Positions 19,672-29,338 of a stretch of DNA of 64,000 nucleotides are shown here, piece by piece. Origin of the DNA: Hyphomicrobiales bacterium (GTDB lineage: Bacteria > Pseudomonadota > Alphaproteobacteria > Rhizobiales > JACESI01); the NCBI GenBank assembly GCA_039973685.1, contig JBDWKL010000043.1, positions 207,749 through 271,748 on the forward strand, written 5' to 3'. The translations under genes and the position numbers were made by a program. Every line of letters starts with the position of its first letter. Position 1 is the stretch's first letter. A model generated the notes under the pieces. It did no database searches, was not told where the DNA came from, and saw only the letters and a list, made by a program, of their open reading frames with translations.

Positions 19672-21474
19672 ATGTATCGCGCACCAGTGGAAGAAATAGC
19701 CTTCACGTTGAAGAAAGTGATCGGGCTGGATGCTGATTTGCAAAATGGCGTTTTTGGTGATCTGTCAGATGATCTAGTCGATGCTATTTTGGAAGAGGCG
19801 GGAAAGTTTGCCAATGACGAATTGGCCCCGCGCAATTGGCAAGGCGATCAAGAAGGCCTCAATCTCGACAATGCAGTTGTTACCACGCCCAAAGGGTTCG
19901 GCGATGTTTATAGCGCATGGTGCGAAGCGGGCTGGAACAGTTTAACAGGGTCAGAAGCTTTTGGCGGCCAAGCGCTTCCTCTCACGATGGCAGTCGCCAC
20001 AAACGAAATGTGGAATGCGGCCAACATGTCGTTTGCACTCTGCCCGCTGCTTACAGCAGGCGCGATTGAAGCGCTTACCATGCACGGCAGCGACCATCTG
20101 CAACAGACCTATCTTGAAAAACTGATCTCTGGTGAATGGACTGGCACGATGAATTTGACAGAGCCGCAATCTGGTTCTGATCTATCCAGCCTACGCAGCA
20201 GCGCAAAACCATCCGGTGATGGCACGTACCGTATTTTTGGGCAGAAGATTTTCATCACCTATGGAGAGCACGACTGGACAAGCAACATTTGCCATCTCGT
20301 TCTTGCTCGCCTGCCAGATGCACCTGCCGGTGTTAAGGGTATTTCTCTCTTCTTGGTTCCAAAATTCATTCCGAATGAAGATGGCACACCGGGAACACGC
20401 AATGATGTCTTCTGTAGCGGGCTTGAAGAAAAGCTCGGCATCCACGCGTCACCAACCTGCACCATGATTTTTGGTGATGATCACGCCGTCAATGATACAG
20501 GTGAAGCTGGCGCGATTGGTTGGTTGATTGGCGAAGAAAATAACGGCCTTGCTTGCATGTTCACGATGATGAACAACGCCCGCCTTAATGTGGGTGTGCA
20601 AGGAGCTGGCCTAACGGAGCGTGCTTTTCAACAAGCCCTTACCTTTGCCAATGAACGTCGCCAAGGGTCATCTCCGCTGAATGACGCTGAAGGCATGGCG
20701 CCCATCGTGATGCACCCAGATGTGACCCGAAACCTCATGACCATGCGGGCGATGGCGCAAGCCTCTCGTGCGTTGTGTCTTGCCTGTGCTTATGCGCTTG
20801 ATATGGCAGAACATGCCGATGAAGATAAACGCGCCTTTTGGAAAGCACGCGGCGACCTTCTAACCCCGCTTGCAAAATCATATTCAACAGATTGCGCGGT
20901 TGAAGCCTCTTCAATCGGCGTGCAGGTTCACGGCGGTATGGGCTTTGTTGAAGAAACGGGTGCAGCCCAGCACATGCGCGACAGCCGTATTTTGCCAATC
21001 TATGAAGGCACCAATGGCATTCAAGCGATTGACCTTGTGGGTCGTAAATTGCGCGTTGATGGCGGTGAAAATGCGAAAGCCTTTATTGGCGAGATGCGCG
21101 AAACTGCCGACGCATTGCGCGAGAGCAACCAATCAGATTTCGGCGCAATCGCTACCCGCCTCACCTCGGCATTAGATGATCTTGAGACAACCACGGACTA
21201 TATGCTCGATTGTCTTTCATCCAAGAAAATGGCCGATGCAATGGCGGGTGCTACGCCTTATCAAAAGCTCTTTTCTCTAACAGCCGGTGCAGCCTTTCAT
21301 GCAAAGGGTGCTTTAGAAACTGACGGCATTGACGATGGCAATGCAAGCTTACGCATCAAAACCGCCCGCTTTTTCGCTGAAAACTTAGCGACCGAAACCG
21401 CAAGTCTTCGCCTTACCGTTCTTGAAGGGGCGGATGGTGTATTGAGCGCGACAGAAGAGCTGCTTGCCAGCTAA
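19672..21474 (+). CDS. Acyl-CoA dehydrogenase (long, about 600 aa, with C-terminal extension domain)
   Basis: It has the ACAD N, middle and C domains (TEPQSGSDL, YEGTNGIQA). A strong AGGAGG Shine-Dalgarno sequence lies 6 nt upstream. Confidence 0.9.
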   Translation: MYRAPVEEIAFTLKKVIGLDADLQNGVFGDLSDDLVDAILEEAGKFANDELAPRNWQGDQEGLNLDNAVVTTPKGFGDVYSAWCEAGWNSLTGSEAFGGQALPLTMAVATNEMWNAANMSFALCPLLTAGAIEALTMHGSDHLQQTYLEKLISGEWTGTMNLTEPQSGSDLSSLRSSAKPSGDGTYRIFGQKIFITYGEHDWTSNICHLVLARLPDAPAGVKGISLFLVPKFIPNEDGTPGTRNDVFCSGLEEKLGIHASPTCTMIFGDDHAVNDTGEAGAIGWLIGEENNGLACMFTMMNNARLNVGVQGAGLTERAFQQALTFANERRQGSSPLNDAEGMAPIVMHPDVTRNLMTMRAMAQASRALCLACAYALDMAEHADEDKRAFWKARGDLLTPLAKSYSTDCAVEASSIGVQVHGGMGFVEETGAAQHMRDSRILPIYEGTNGIQAIDLVGRKLRVDGGENAKAFIGEMRETADALRESNQSDFGAIATRLTSALDDLETTTDYMLDCLSSKKMADAMAGATPYQKLFSLTAGAAFHAKGALETDGIDDGNASLRIKTARFFAENLATETASLRLTVLEGADGVLSATEELLAS

Positions 21475-21492
21475 GGCACTTTGGAGAAGACC

Positions 21493-22254
21493 ATGACTGA
21501 TTTCATTACCATCACTGATAGCGAGGCCGTTCGCACCATCCGCTTTAATCGTGCGGATAAGAAGAACGCGCTGACCCAAGACATGTACGCGAAGATGGCT
21601 GACGGCATTGAGAGTGCTGGCGACGATGGCATGAGAGCTATCCTCTTCCTCGGACAGTCCGGCGTGTTTTCTGCTGGCAATGATATTGCTGACTTCTTGT
21701 CTCGTGGCATGTCAAACGATATGAGCGCGACGGCGACAGTTCGCTTTTTGAAAGCCTTAGCAACCACACCCACACCAATACTTGCAGCCGTTGACGGTTT
21801 GGCGATTGGTGTCGGCGCGACCATGCTCATGCATTGCGATATGGTTTTTGCCAGTGAAGGGGCAACCCTCAAAACACCGTTCCTCAATTTGGGCGTCGTG
21901 CCAGAAGCAGCCTCCAGCCTAATTGCCCCCCGCATCATGGGACAGCAACGGGCATTTGAAATGCTGATTATGGGCGAAACTTTCAGTGCTGAACGGGCAC
22001 GCGAAGCAGGTCTCGTCAATCATGTCACCAGCAGTGATGAGCTTGAAGCAACCGCAATGGCGGCAGCCCAAAAACTCAGCAAACTTGCGCCAGGTGCCTT
22101 GTCCATCAGCCGTAAATTACTGCGCGGCGATACATCCGATATTATTGCCCGCATGGATGAAGAGTTCGTCCTTTTTGCTGAACGCCTTCAATCAGACGAA
22201 GCACGCGAAGCCTTTGCAGCCTTCATGGAAAAACGCCCGCCACGCTTTGGCTAA
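21493..22254 (+). CDS. Enoyl-CoA hydratase/isomerase family protein
   Basis: It has the crotonase fold (FSAGNDI, AAVDGLAIGVGATM). A GGAGAAG Shine-Dalgarno sequence precedes the ATG at 21493. Confidence 0.9.
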   Translation: MTDFITITDSEAVRTIRFNRADKKNALTQDMYAKMADGIESAGDDGMRAILFLGQSGVFSAGNDIADFLSRGMSNDMSATATVRFLKALATTPTPILAAVDGLAIGVGATMLMHCDMVFASEGATLKTPFLNLGVVPEAASSLIAPRIMGQQRAFEMLIMGETFSAERAREAGLVNHVTSSDELEATAMAAAQKLSKLAPGALSISRKLLRGDTSDIIARMDEEFVLFAERLQSDEAREAFAAFMEKRPPRFG

Positions 22255-22290
22255 AACAATACTATTTTTAAAAACATAAAGGTTCTAAGT

Positions 22291-23163
22291 ATGTCAACAC
22301 TCGCAGGAAAGACGCTTTTTATCACAGGCGCATCACGCGGTATCGGCAAGGCAATTGCCCTTCGCGCAGCGCGTGATGGAGCGAATGTTGCCATTGCGGC
22401 CAAAACCGCAGAACCTCATCCAAAGCTTGAAGGCACGATTTACACCGCAGCCGAGGAAATTGAACAAGCAGGCGGCAAAGCCCTCCCTCTCCTTGTGGAT
22501 GTGCGTGAAGAAGCAAGTGTCGCTGACGCATTGGCAAAGACGGCTGAAACTTTTGGCGGTATTGATATTGTCATCAACAACGCATCCGCGATCAATCTTT
22601 CCAACACCGAAAAACTCGACATGAAGCGCTATGACTTGATGAATTCAGTCAATGCGCGCGGCACCTTCATGACAACAAAACTCGCCCTTCCCTATTTGAA
22701 AGAAAGCGAAAACGGCCACGTCATCATGTTGTCGCCACCGCTTGATATGGCGACCAAATGGTTTGCCAATCACGTTGGGTATTCCATCGCCAAATTTGGC
22801 ATGAGCATGTGTGTGCTGGGCTTTGCAGGAGAGTTTAAGCGCCACGGCATTGCTGTGAATGCACTATGGCCACGCACCACCATTGCAACCGCTGCCGTTG
22901 GCAATCTTCTGGGTGGTGATGCGATGATGCAAGCAAGCCGAACACCTGAAATTTTGGCCGACGCAGCACATATGATTTTGAACAAAGACGCGCGTGAATT
23001 CACGGGCAATTTCATCATCGATGATACGTTTATGGCATCTGAAGGCGTGACTGACTTTGACCAATACCGTGTTGATGGTTCCGTCGCCCTCATGCCTGAC
23101 TTCTTCGTGCCAGATGACATCCCACCACCAGATGTCGTGAGCTTGAGGCCTGTTAAAGCTTAA
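22291..23163 (+). CDS. Short-chain dehydrogenase/reductase (HSDL2-like)
   Basis: It has the TGASRGIG cofactor motif and the YSIAK active-site motif. Confidence 0.88.
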   Translation: MSTLAGKTLFITGASRGIGKAIALRAARDGANVAIAAKTAEPHPKLEGTIYTAAEEIEQAGGKALPLLVDVREEASVADALAKTAETFGGIDIVINNASAINLSNTEKLDMKRYDLMNSVNARGTFMTTKLALPYLKESENGHVIMLSPPLDMATKWFANHVGYSIAKFGMSMCVLGFAGEFKRHGIAVNALWPRTTIATAAVGNLLGGDAMMQASRTPEILADAAHMILNKDAREFTGNFIIDDTFMASEGVTDFDQYRVDGSVALMPDFFVPDDIPPPDVVSLRPVKA

Positions 23164-23992
23164 GGCCAGCGTCCAACATATCAGCGGCAAATGCATCGCT
23201 TGCCAGATAAGTCCATTCATCTATCCGACGATTTTGGATTGGGTCATGAATGGCGACTTCATCTGAATAAGGTGCAAACGCTGGATGGCACATGATGAGC
23301 GGGCAACTGGATGCGGTGGCTGCATGTTTTAGCCATCCCTGCATCAGTAGGCCGAAATCTTCGGACGTATCAAAGTCATTCACGCCCAAGAAGACGTCAT
23401 TATGAGCGATGCTGGCTTGGTCTAGCAATTTGCGCATTCGCTGCGAAAGCTTCGACAAGATCATCGTCTTAATAGCTCTCGACGTTCGGCCCTGATCATC
23501 GCAAAGCCTGACAAATCCGCTCAACCCATTATTCTGAATACACTCCACCAAGCAGGAACGAACCGTTGGCATGAGATGGACATGCTGATGGCCGTCCACG
23601 AAATCAGGAAGTTGCCCCGCAACCTCTTTGAACCGCTCTATTTGCGCTTCAATCTCTAAAGTGATTTCTCGCTTATCAATCCTGCCCAAATGGCTGGATA
23701 AGAGCGTTTGATTGATGCTTGGAAAAGTGCCGTTTGGAGCCAGTTTCGGCATTACTGTCAGCGGTGCATATTCGCTCAAGGTGAGGTGCAGCCCAATTTT
23801 CAAATCATGCGCAGCATCACTCGCCGCATTCAGCAATTGCCCAACGCCACTTTCGAAAGAATCGCCACCACTCATGCAACTCACCGCATTCAGGCGGCCC
23901 TTGCGCACTAAATCGATGATACCATCGTTCACAGACTTTTTGAGGCCAAAATCATCGGCGCAGAGAGTGAAAATGGCAGTTCTTATGGTCAT
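23153..23992 (-). CDS. YdjC/ChbG-family carbohydrate deacetylase
   Basis: It has the N-terminal LCADDFG motif and a GHQHVH metal-binding-like motif. It overlaps the SDR gene convergently by 11 nt. Confidence 0.85.
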   Translation of the reverse strand: MTIRTAIFTLCADDFGLKKSVNDGIIDLVRKGRLNAVSCMSGGDSFESGVGQLLNAASDAAHDLKIGLHLTLSEYAPLTVMPKLAPNGTFPSINQTLLSSHLGRIDKREITLEIEAQIERFKEVAGQLPDFVDGHQHVHLMPTVRSCLVECIQNNGLSGFVRLCDDQGRTSRAIKTMILSKLSQRMRKLLDQASIAHNDVFLGVNDFDTSEDFGLLMQGWLKHAATASSCPLIMCHPAFAPYSDEVAIHDPIQNRRIDEWTYLASDAFAADMLDAGLKL

Positions 23993-24188
23993 TCCAAGCG
24001 GATATACCGTTTTGCTTGTTAATACAATTGATCACTAATCGTTCACATAGACTTTACAGGAGTTTACCAATCCTGTTAAATTTCATTCCCACAAAAGAGT
24101 GATTTTAACCTTTTGTTAAGGTAAAAAAGATTGCGGGGCAGAGGATTTATAATCTTTTGCCAGTAAACAAGTTGAGTTCGAGGGTAAA

Positions 24189-25220
24189 ATGCTAACGCCA
24201 TATCCGTCACGAGAGACGAAACAAGCAAGCGAACTTGATGATAAGTTTTTGTCTATCGTTGTTCCAATTTACAACGAAGAGCAAAACATCCAACCACTAT
24301 TGGAACGCCTAAATCCAGTGATGGAACAAATCGGTCTGCCATATGAAGTGATCTTAGTGGACGATGGCAGTAAAGACCGTAGTGCTGAAACTGCCGCCGA
24401 AGCCGCGCGCGAGAACCCTCACGTTAAACTCATCTGTTTCAGCCGCAACTTTGGCAAAGAAGCTGCCCTCAACGCTGGCCTTGCCCATGCAAAAGGTGAC
24501 GCTGTCATCCAACTTGATGCAGACCTTCAACATCCGCCAGAAATCATTTTTGATTTTATCCGCGAATGGCAAGAAGGCGGCGAAATCGTTTTCGGTGCGC
24601 GCCGTTCTCGTGAGAGCGAAACATTTATGCGTCGCATCCTCGCCAAAACCTTTTACCGTGTTTTCTCCGCAATTTCCGATGTGAAATTGATGGAAGGTTT
24701 GGGTGACTTCCTGCTGTTAGACCGCAAAGTCGTCGATGCCATTCTTTCTCTTCCAGAACGCGAACGCTTCACCAAAGGCCTATACGCTTGGGTTGGATTT
24801 AAGAGACAAGCTGTTCCGTTTGAAGTGGCCCCACGCGCGGCCGGTCAATCAGGCTGGAGCATTTTCAAACTGTTCCGCTTCGCCATGAATGCGATCACCT
24901 CATTTGGTTCTATCCCGCTTAAAGTATGGAGCTATCTCGGGCTTGTTTTGGCGCTCTCATCGCTTGGTTATGCTGGCGTGATTTTGTTTGATAAACTCAT
25001 CTACGGCAGCGATGTGAGAGGCTATCCAGCTCTCATGGCTGCAATTTGCTTCTTCTCTGGTGTTCAGCTTTTAGGGCTGGGCATTTTTGGCGAATATCTA
25101 AGCCGTGTTATGGCTGAGGTGAAACAAAGACCGCTTTACCTCGTGCAAGAGAAAGTTGGCTTTGAGGATGGCGACAAAGACAAGCGTGAGCCAACCCTAT
25201 TCGATAGAATAGCATCCTAG
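24189..25220 (+). CDS. Family 2 glycosyltransferase, polyprenol-phosphate sugar synthase type (ArnC/GtrB/CsbB-like)
   Basis: It has the SIVVPIYNEE, VDDGSKD and DADLQHPPE motifs, followed by two C-terminal TM helices. Confidence 0.88.
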   Translation: MLTPYPSRETKQASELDDKFLSIVVPIYNEEQNIQPLLERLNPVMEQIGLPYEVILVDDGSKDRSAETAAEAARENPHVKLICFSRNFGKEAALNAGLAHAKGDAVIQLDADLQHPPEIIFDFIREWQEGGEIVFGARRSRESETFMRRILAKTFYRVFSAISDVKLMEGLGDFLLLDRKVVDAILSLPERERFTKGLYAWVGFKRQAVPFEVAPRAAGQSGWSIFKLFRFAMNAITSFGSIPLKVWSYLGLVLALSSLGYAGVILFDKLIYGSDVRGYPALMAAICFFSGVQLLGLGIFGEYLSRVMAEVKQRPLYLVQEKVGFEDGDKDKREPTLFDRIAS

Positions 25221-25250
25221 GTCCTTTTAATTCCATGAAAAGCTACTCTC

Positions 25251-27476
25251 ATGTTGCGTCGTGACAGCAAGGCTGTCTCGTTCAGTCTTTTTGCACTTGT
25301 TATTTTGTGGCTGATCTTCTGCATGCCTTGGCTTGTCGATGAGAAGGTCATTCCCTACGACGCGAAGAACCATTTTTATGCAATGATCCGCTTTGTCGCC
25401 GCCAGCTTTCATAGCGGTGAGAGCTTATCATGGAGCCCGTTCCATTTTGGCGGATTTCCGATGATATCGGATCCGCAATCTGTAATTTTTACGCCTTCTT
25501 TGTGGCCCCCGATCTTAATATCCAACGCACCATCAATGTTCTTGGTGGACATGACACACCTTGCTCATTTGCTGGTAATTGGGTGCGCAATCTTTGGCTT
25601 TGGTTGGTCGCGTGGATGGCATCCGGTAGCCGCATTCCTCACAGCCCTCACCGTTATGTTTAGCGGCGCGGTGATCATCCGCCTTGAGCATGTTTTGATG
25701 ACCGTCAGCTTTATGTGGCTCAGCGTTGCCCTTTGGCGACTTGATGTTGCGATTAGAAACGGCGGCCTTTTTCGCGGGATATTGTTCGGCTTACCGCTTG
25801 CTTTAATGTTGATTGACCGCGACCATGTTGCGATGCTCGGCGCATGGTTTTTGTTCTTGTATTGGTTGTGCAACGCCATACCAAACCTTCGCCAGAACGG
25901 CTTCGTCTTAGCGTTTAAGCAGCACTACCCTGTACTGGTGGGTGGCGTTGCTGCCTTGCTCATCGTCGCCGTTCCACTGCTTCTTCTGCTTCAGCTTGCA
26001 AATATGAGCAATCGCCCAAGCTTTGACCTTTTGGATGCAAGTTGGCAGTCACTTCAACCTGTCGCCATGATTTCATTCATCTTCCCAGAATATTTTGGTT
26101 CACTCGTCAAATCTGGTGAATATTGGGGGCCAGCGAGCCAAGCTTGGGGCGTAAAGGGTTTGCAAATTCATCGCGGCATGCAGCACCTTTATTCAGGCGT
26201 TTTGCCGCTTGTTACTATTTTATGGCTTGGCCTCGCCAAAGGTCGACTGTTTGTCTCTGGCGGGCGATATTTCCTGTTTTTTAGCCTCGCCATGCTGCTT
26301 TACTCCCTTGGACGCTTCACCCCGTTCTTCGCCTTCTTTTATGAGTACATCCCAGGCTTCGATCTGTTCCGGCGGCCTTCTGATGGGATATTCTTATTCT
26401 CGCTCGCAATCAGCCTCTTTGCTGGCACGCTTATCAATGATGCGCTTCAAAGTGCTCCAATCAAAGGAAACAAGAACGGGCTAATTGTTGCGATTTTGCT
26501 CTTATCAGTTCCTGTGGTCGGAGGCTTTTATCTCGCCCATTCATTTGACCGGCTGACAGATTTCTTCGCCAGCCTTTCCATCTTCCTTGGGCTTGGCGCC
26601 TTGATGCTTGCGTCTCTTTTACTGATGGTCAAAAACAACAAAGCGCAATTTCTCGCGTTTAGCTGCTTAGGCTTATTGGTAAGTGCTGATTTGATTTTTC
26701 ATTCCACCAACTTACGGGCGAATGCACGTCCAGCAGACTATTATGCACAACAAGCGCGCGGCGCAGATGAACCGCTCTTTAACAAAGTGGAGCAATTACT
26801 GGCCAAGCCCGATCCAAGCGGTGTGCCGTGGCGTATTGAGACGGTTGGCCTTGGTCCGACTGTACAAAACATTGGGCAAGTGACAGGCTTTCATGACCTG
26901 CTTGGTTATAACCCAATTCGTCTTGCTGCTTTTGAAGAAAAAATCGGCCCAAAAATGCAAAACAATGCAAACCGCCGACGCTTTTTTGGCAACACGATGG
27001 AGAGTTATAATAGCCCGCTCGCTCATCAATTGGGCTTGAAATACATCGTGACCTCAGTACCGCTTAAAAAGCTCGACCCAAAGCTCACCCCGGGAACATT
27101 CAAAAAAATCGCAAAGGTGCAGCTTATCGACCGGTCAGCCTTCATTTATGAAAACCCAAAGGCCGAGGCGCGGGCAATCTTCCAAGATCAATCAGGCGCC
27201 ACCTCCCCTGCAAAAATTTTGAGCTACCGCAATGATGAGGTGCGTGTGAGCGTCAACGCTGTAGATGATGGCACGTTGATCTTGCGCGATTTTGCTTATC
27301 CAGCTTGGCACGTCACGGTGAATGGTAAGCCTGCGGAACTAATGACCCATAACGGCATTTTTCGCTCTGTTGCCTTGAACAAGGGTGAAAATGACGTGGT
27401 GTTCTCCTTCAAGCCTTTGAGCGTTGAAAACCTAAAGGCTGCAGTTTCGTCATTGATCGATGCAGACAAACCATGA
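25251..27476 (+). CDS. Polytopic membrane protein, YfhO-like GT-C-type glycosyltransferase candidate
   Basis: The N-terminal region of about 480 aa has many TM helices. A soluble C-terminal domain of about 250 aa ends with AYPAWHVTVNGKP...GIFRSVALNKGENDVVFSFKP. That tail and the N-terminal region IPYDAKNHFY...WSPFHFGGFP resemble my recollection of YfhO-family proteins. Confidence 0.6.
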   Translation: MLRRDSKAVSFSLFALVILWLIFCMPWLVDEKVIPYDAKNHFYAMIRFVAASFHSGESLSWSPFHFGGFPMISDPQSVIFTPSLWPPILISNAPSMFLVDMTHLAHLLVIGCAIFGFGWSRGWHPVAAFLTALTVMFSGAVIIRLEHVLMTVSFMWLSVALWRLDVAIRNGGLFRGILFGLPLALMLIDRDHVAMLGAWFLFLYWLCNAIPNLRQNGFVLAFKQHYPVLVGGVAALLIVAVPLLLLLQLANMSNRPSFDLLDASWQSLQPVAMISFIFPEYFGSLVKSGEYWGPASQAWGVKGLQIHRGMQHLYSGVLPLVTILWLGLAKGRLFVSGGRYFLFFSLAMLLYSLGRFTPFFAFFYEYIPGFDLFRRPSDGIFLFSLAISLFAGTLINDALQSAPIKGNKNGLIVAILLLSVPVVGGFYLAHSFDRLTDFFASLSIFLGLGALMLASLLLMVKNNKAQFLAFSCLGLLVSADLIFHSTNLRANARPADYYAQQARGADEPLFNKVEQLLAKPDPSGVPWRIETVGLGPTVQNIGQVTGFHDLLGYNPIRLAAFEEKIGPKMQNNANRRRFFGNTMESYNSPLAHQLGLKYIVTSVPLKKLDPKLTPGTFKKIAKVQLIDRSAFIYENPKAEARAIFQDQSGATSPAKILSYRNDEVRVSVNAVDDGTLILRDFAYPAWHVTVNGKPAELMTHNGIFRSVALNKGENDVVFSFKPLSVENLKAAVSSLIDADKP

Positions 27477-27850
27477 GAAAGCACGAGCGCCTTATAACGT
27501 TTTTGATGGTGGGCGGCCTCGCTACACTTTGCCAGTATTCCATTTTAATTGGCTTGGTCGAACTTTTTGACGCCGACCCTGTCATTGCAAGCGCGATTGG
27601 TGCATTTTTTGCCGCGGTGCTGAACTATTGCTTGAACAAAGTCGCAACCTTCAAATCCACAGCAAAACACACAACCACTCTCCCGCGTTTCATCGTGGTT
27701 GCAGCCATCGCGATTGTACTTAATGCCGCGTTGATGGCCCTATTCACAAAAACCTTCAGCCTGCCCTATATCCCAGCGCAATTTGTAACCACCTGCATCA
27801 TTACAATCTTCACCTATAACGCCAATCGCATCTGGACATTTAAGCAATAG
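27473..27850 (+). CDS. GtrA family membrane protein (putative lipid-linked sugar translocase)
   Basis: A 125-aa, four-TM protein with the GtrA-like FLMVGGLATLCQY and NRIWTF motifs. Its ATG overlaps the upstream stop (ATGA). Confidence 0.85.
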   Translation: MRKHERLITFLMVGGLATLCQYSILIGLVELFDADPVIASAIGAFFAAVLNYCLNKVATFKSTAKHTTTLPRFIVVAAIAIVLNAALMALFTKTFSLPYIPAQFVTTCIITIFTYNANRIWTFKQ

Positions 27851-27931
27851 CACCGCGATTACCCGCGGAATGGTTGACTTGCGCTGACAGTTGGCCTTCA
27901 TGGGGGACAAGAGTTTTTCAGGAGCTTTCCT

Positions 27932-28861
27932 TTGACCACCTTGCTTATCCATCACGACGCGTTTTCCAATCACGTCACACCAACAGGGCACCCTGAGCGT
28001 GTGGACCGGATTTTAACCGTCAATGATACATTGTCAGATGCAGCCTTTAGCCGCCTAAAGCGCGAAAAAGCACCTTTAGGAAGTGCAGAGAAAGCCGCCC
28101 TTTGCCATCCTGAAGAATACATTCGAACGCTTGATCAAAATTCCCCTGAAGATGGCCTCCTTCAAGTAGATGGTGATACCTATTTGTCGCCAGGTAGCAT
28201 GGAAGCAGCCTATCGCGCCCTTGGTGGTATTTGCCGCGCGGTTGATGTGGTGATGGACGGCGATGCGGATAACGCCTTTTGCGCCATGCGCCCACCCGGT
28301 CACCATGCAGAAAGAGCAACGGCTATGGGCTTTTGCCTGTTTAACACCGTCGCAATTGCCGCCAGACACGCGCAAGAAAAATACGGGCTTGAACGGGTAG
28401 CAATCGTCGATTTCGACGTGCATCACGGCAATGGCACGCAGGATATTTTTTGGGATGATCCATCCGTGCTGTTTTGCTCAACTCACCAAATGCCGCTTTT
28501 TCCAGGCTCCGGCCATGAGAAAGAAGTTGGTGAGCATAACAATATTTGCAATACGCCGCTTCGTGCTGGTGATGACTTTGAAATGTTCAAAGACGCAATG
28601 GATGAACGCGTGCTTCCCGCCATTGAGAATTTTTCGCCTGATTTGATCTTAATTTCAGCTGGTTTTGATGCCCACCGCCTCGATCCTCTGGCCAACATCA
28701 ATTTAGAAGCCGATGATTTTCAGTGGGCAACTGGTAAAATTATGGAATTGGCGGGGCGCTTCTGCAACAATCGTGTGGTGAGTACGCTAGAAGGTGGCTA
28801 TGATCTTGAAGGTCTTGGCACATCTGTCAGTGCCCACGTTAAAACTCTAATGGCCGGATAA
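27932..28861 (+). CDS. Histone deacetylase-family (acetylpolyamine/protein lysine deacetylase-like) protein
   Basis: It has the class II HDAC motifs [17 protein letters not shown] and EGGY. The start codon is TTG. Confidence 0.88.
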   Translation: MTTLLIHHDAFSNHVTPTGHPERVDRILTVNDTLSDAAFSRLKREKAPLGSAEKAALCHPEEYIRTLDQNSPEDGLLQVDGDTYLSPGSMEAAYRALGGICRAVDVVMDGDADNAFCAMRPPGHHAERATAMGFCLFNTVAIAARHAQEKYGLERVAIVDFDVHHGNGTQDIFWDDPSVLFCSTHQMPLFPGSGHEKEVGEHNNICNTPLRAGDDFEMFKDAMDERVLPAIENFSPDLILISAGFDAHRLDPLANINLEADDFQWATGKIMELAGRFCNNRVVSTLEGGYDLEGLGTSVSAHVKTLMAG

Positions 28862-28866
28862 AGATA

Positions 28867-29109
28867 ATGACGGACGCAAACGCTATTCCAGAAGACATTG
28901 CAGCCCTACCCTTTGAACAGGCTCTCAAAGAGCTTGAAGGCATTGTCGGTCAGTTGGAACAAGGCTCTGTTGACCTTGAACAATCCATCAAAATCTACGA
29001 ACGCGGTGAAGCGCTGAAAAAACACTGTGAAAAGCTGCTTTCTCAAGCTGAACGCAAAATCGAGACTATCCGCTTGTCATCAAATGGCACTGCGGAAGGT
29101 GTCGAGTAA
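28867..29109 (+). CDS. xseB: Exodeoxyribonuclease VII small subunit
   Basis: An 80-aa protein with the [15 protein letters not shown]...LE.S...YERG motif typical of XseB. Confidence 0.92.
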   Translation: MTDANAIPEDIAALPFEQALKELEGIVGQLEQGSVDLEQSIKIYERGEALKKHCEKLLSQAERKIETIRLSSNGTAEGVE

Positions 29110-29317
29110 AATCACCTTCAATTAGTATTGAGATTCGTTGTGCTGGACTTCGCAATGTAACCGTGTTTATACACTTAAAACGTGTGCTTAATTTGCACAA
29201 ACTCTTGAATTTTGAGGTTTCACGACAGCAAACCCCCTGCTCTTTTGTTGCTAAAATGCAATGAAAGCCTACAGGTTGACTGTTTTGGCTCAAATTCAAT
29301 CACAAAGAATAAAATGC

Positions 29318-29338
29318 CCTTGTGGTCGCAAGGTTTTT
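29318..29338 (+). terminator. Weak terminator-like hairpin in the dxs upstream region
   Basis: CCTTG-TGGTCG-CAAGG is followed by TTTTT. It lies 49 nt before the dxs ATG and about 210 nt after the xseB stop. Confidence 0.3.

Noticed and set aside
19527-19736. 69-aa plus-strand ORF upstream of and overlapping the acyl-CoA dehydrogenase start.
   Set aside because: It has an alternative (TTG) start and no ribosome-binding site. It runs out of frame into the well-supported ACAD gene, which has its own strong AGGAGG Shine-Dalgarno sequence.
29066-29299. 77-aa minus-strand ORF in the xseB-dxs spacer.
   Set aside because: It has no Shine-Dalgarno-like sequence. Its Cys/Lys-rich, low-information sequence overlaps the xseB 3' end, so it is likely non-coding.
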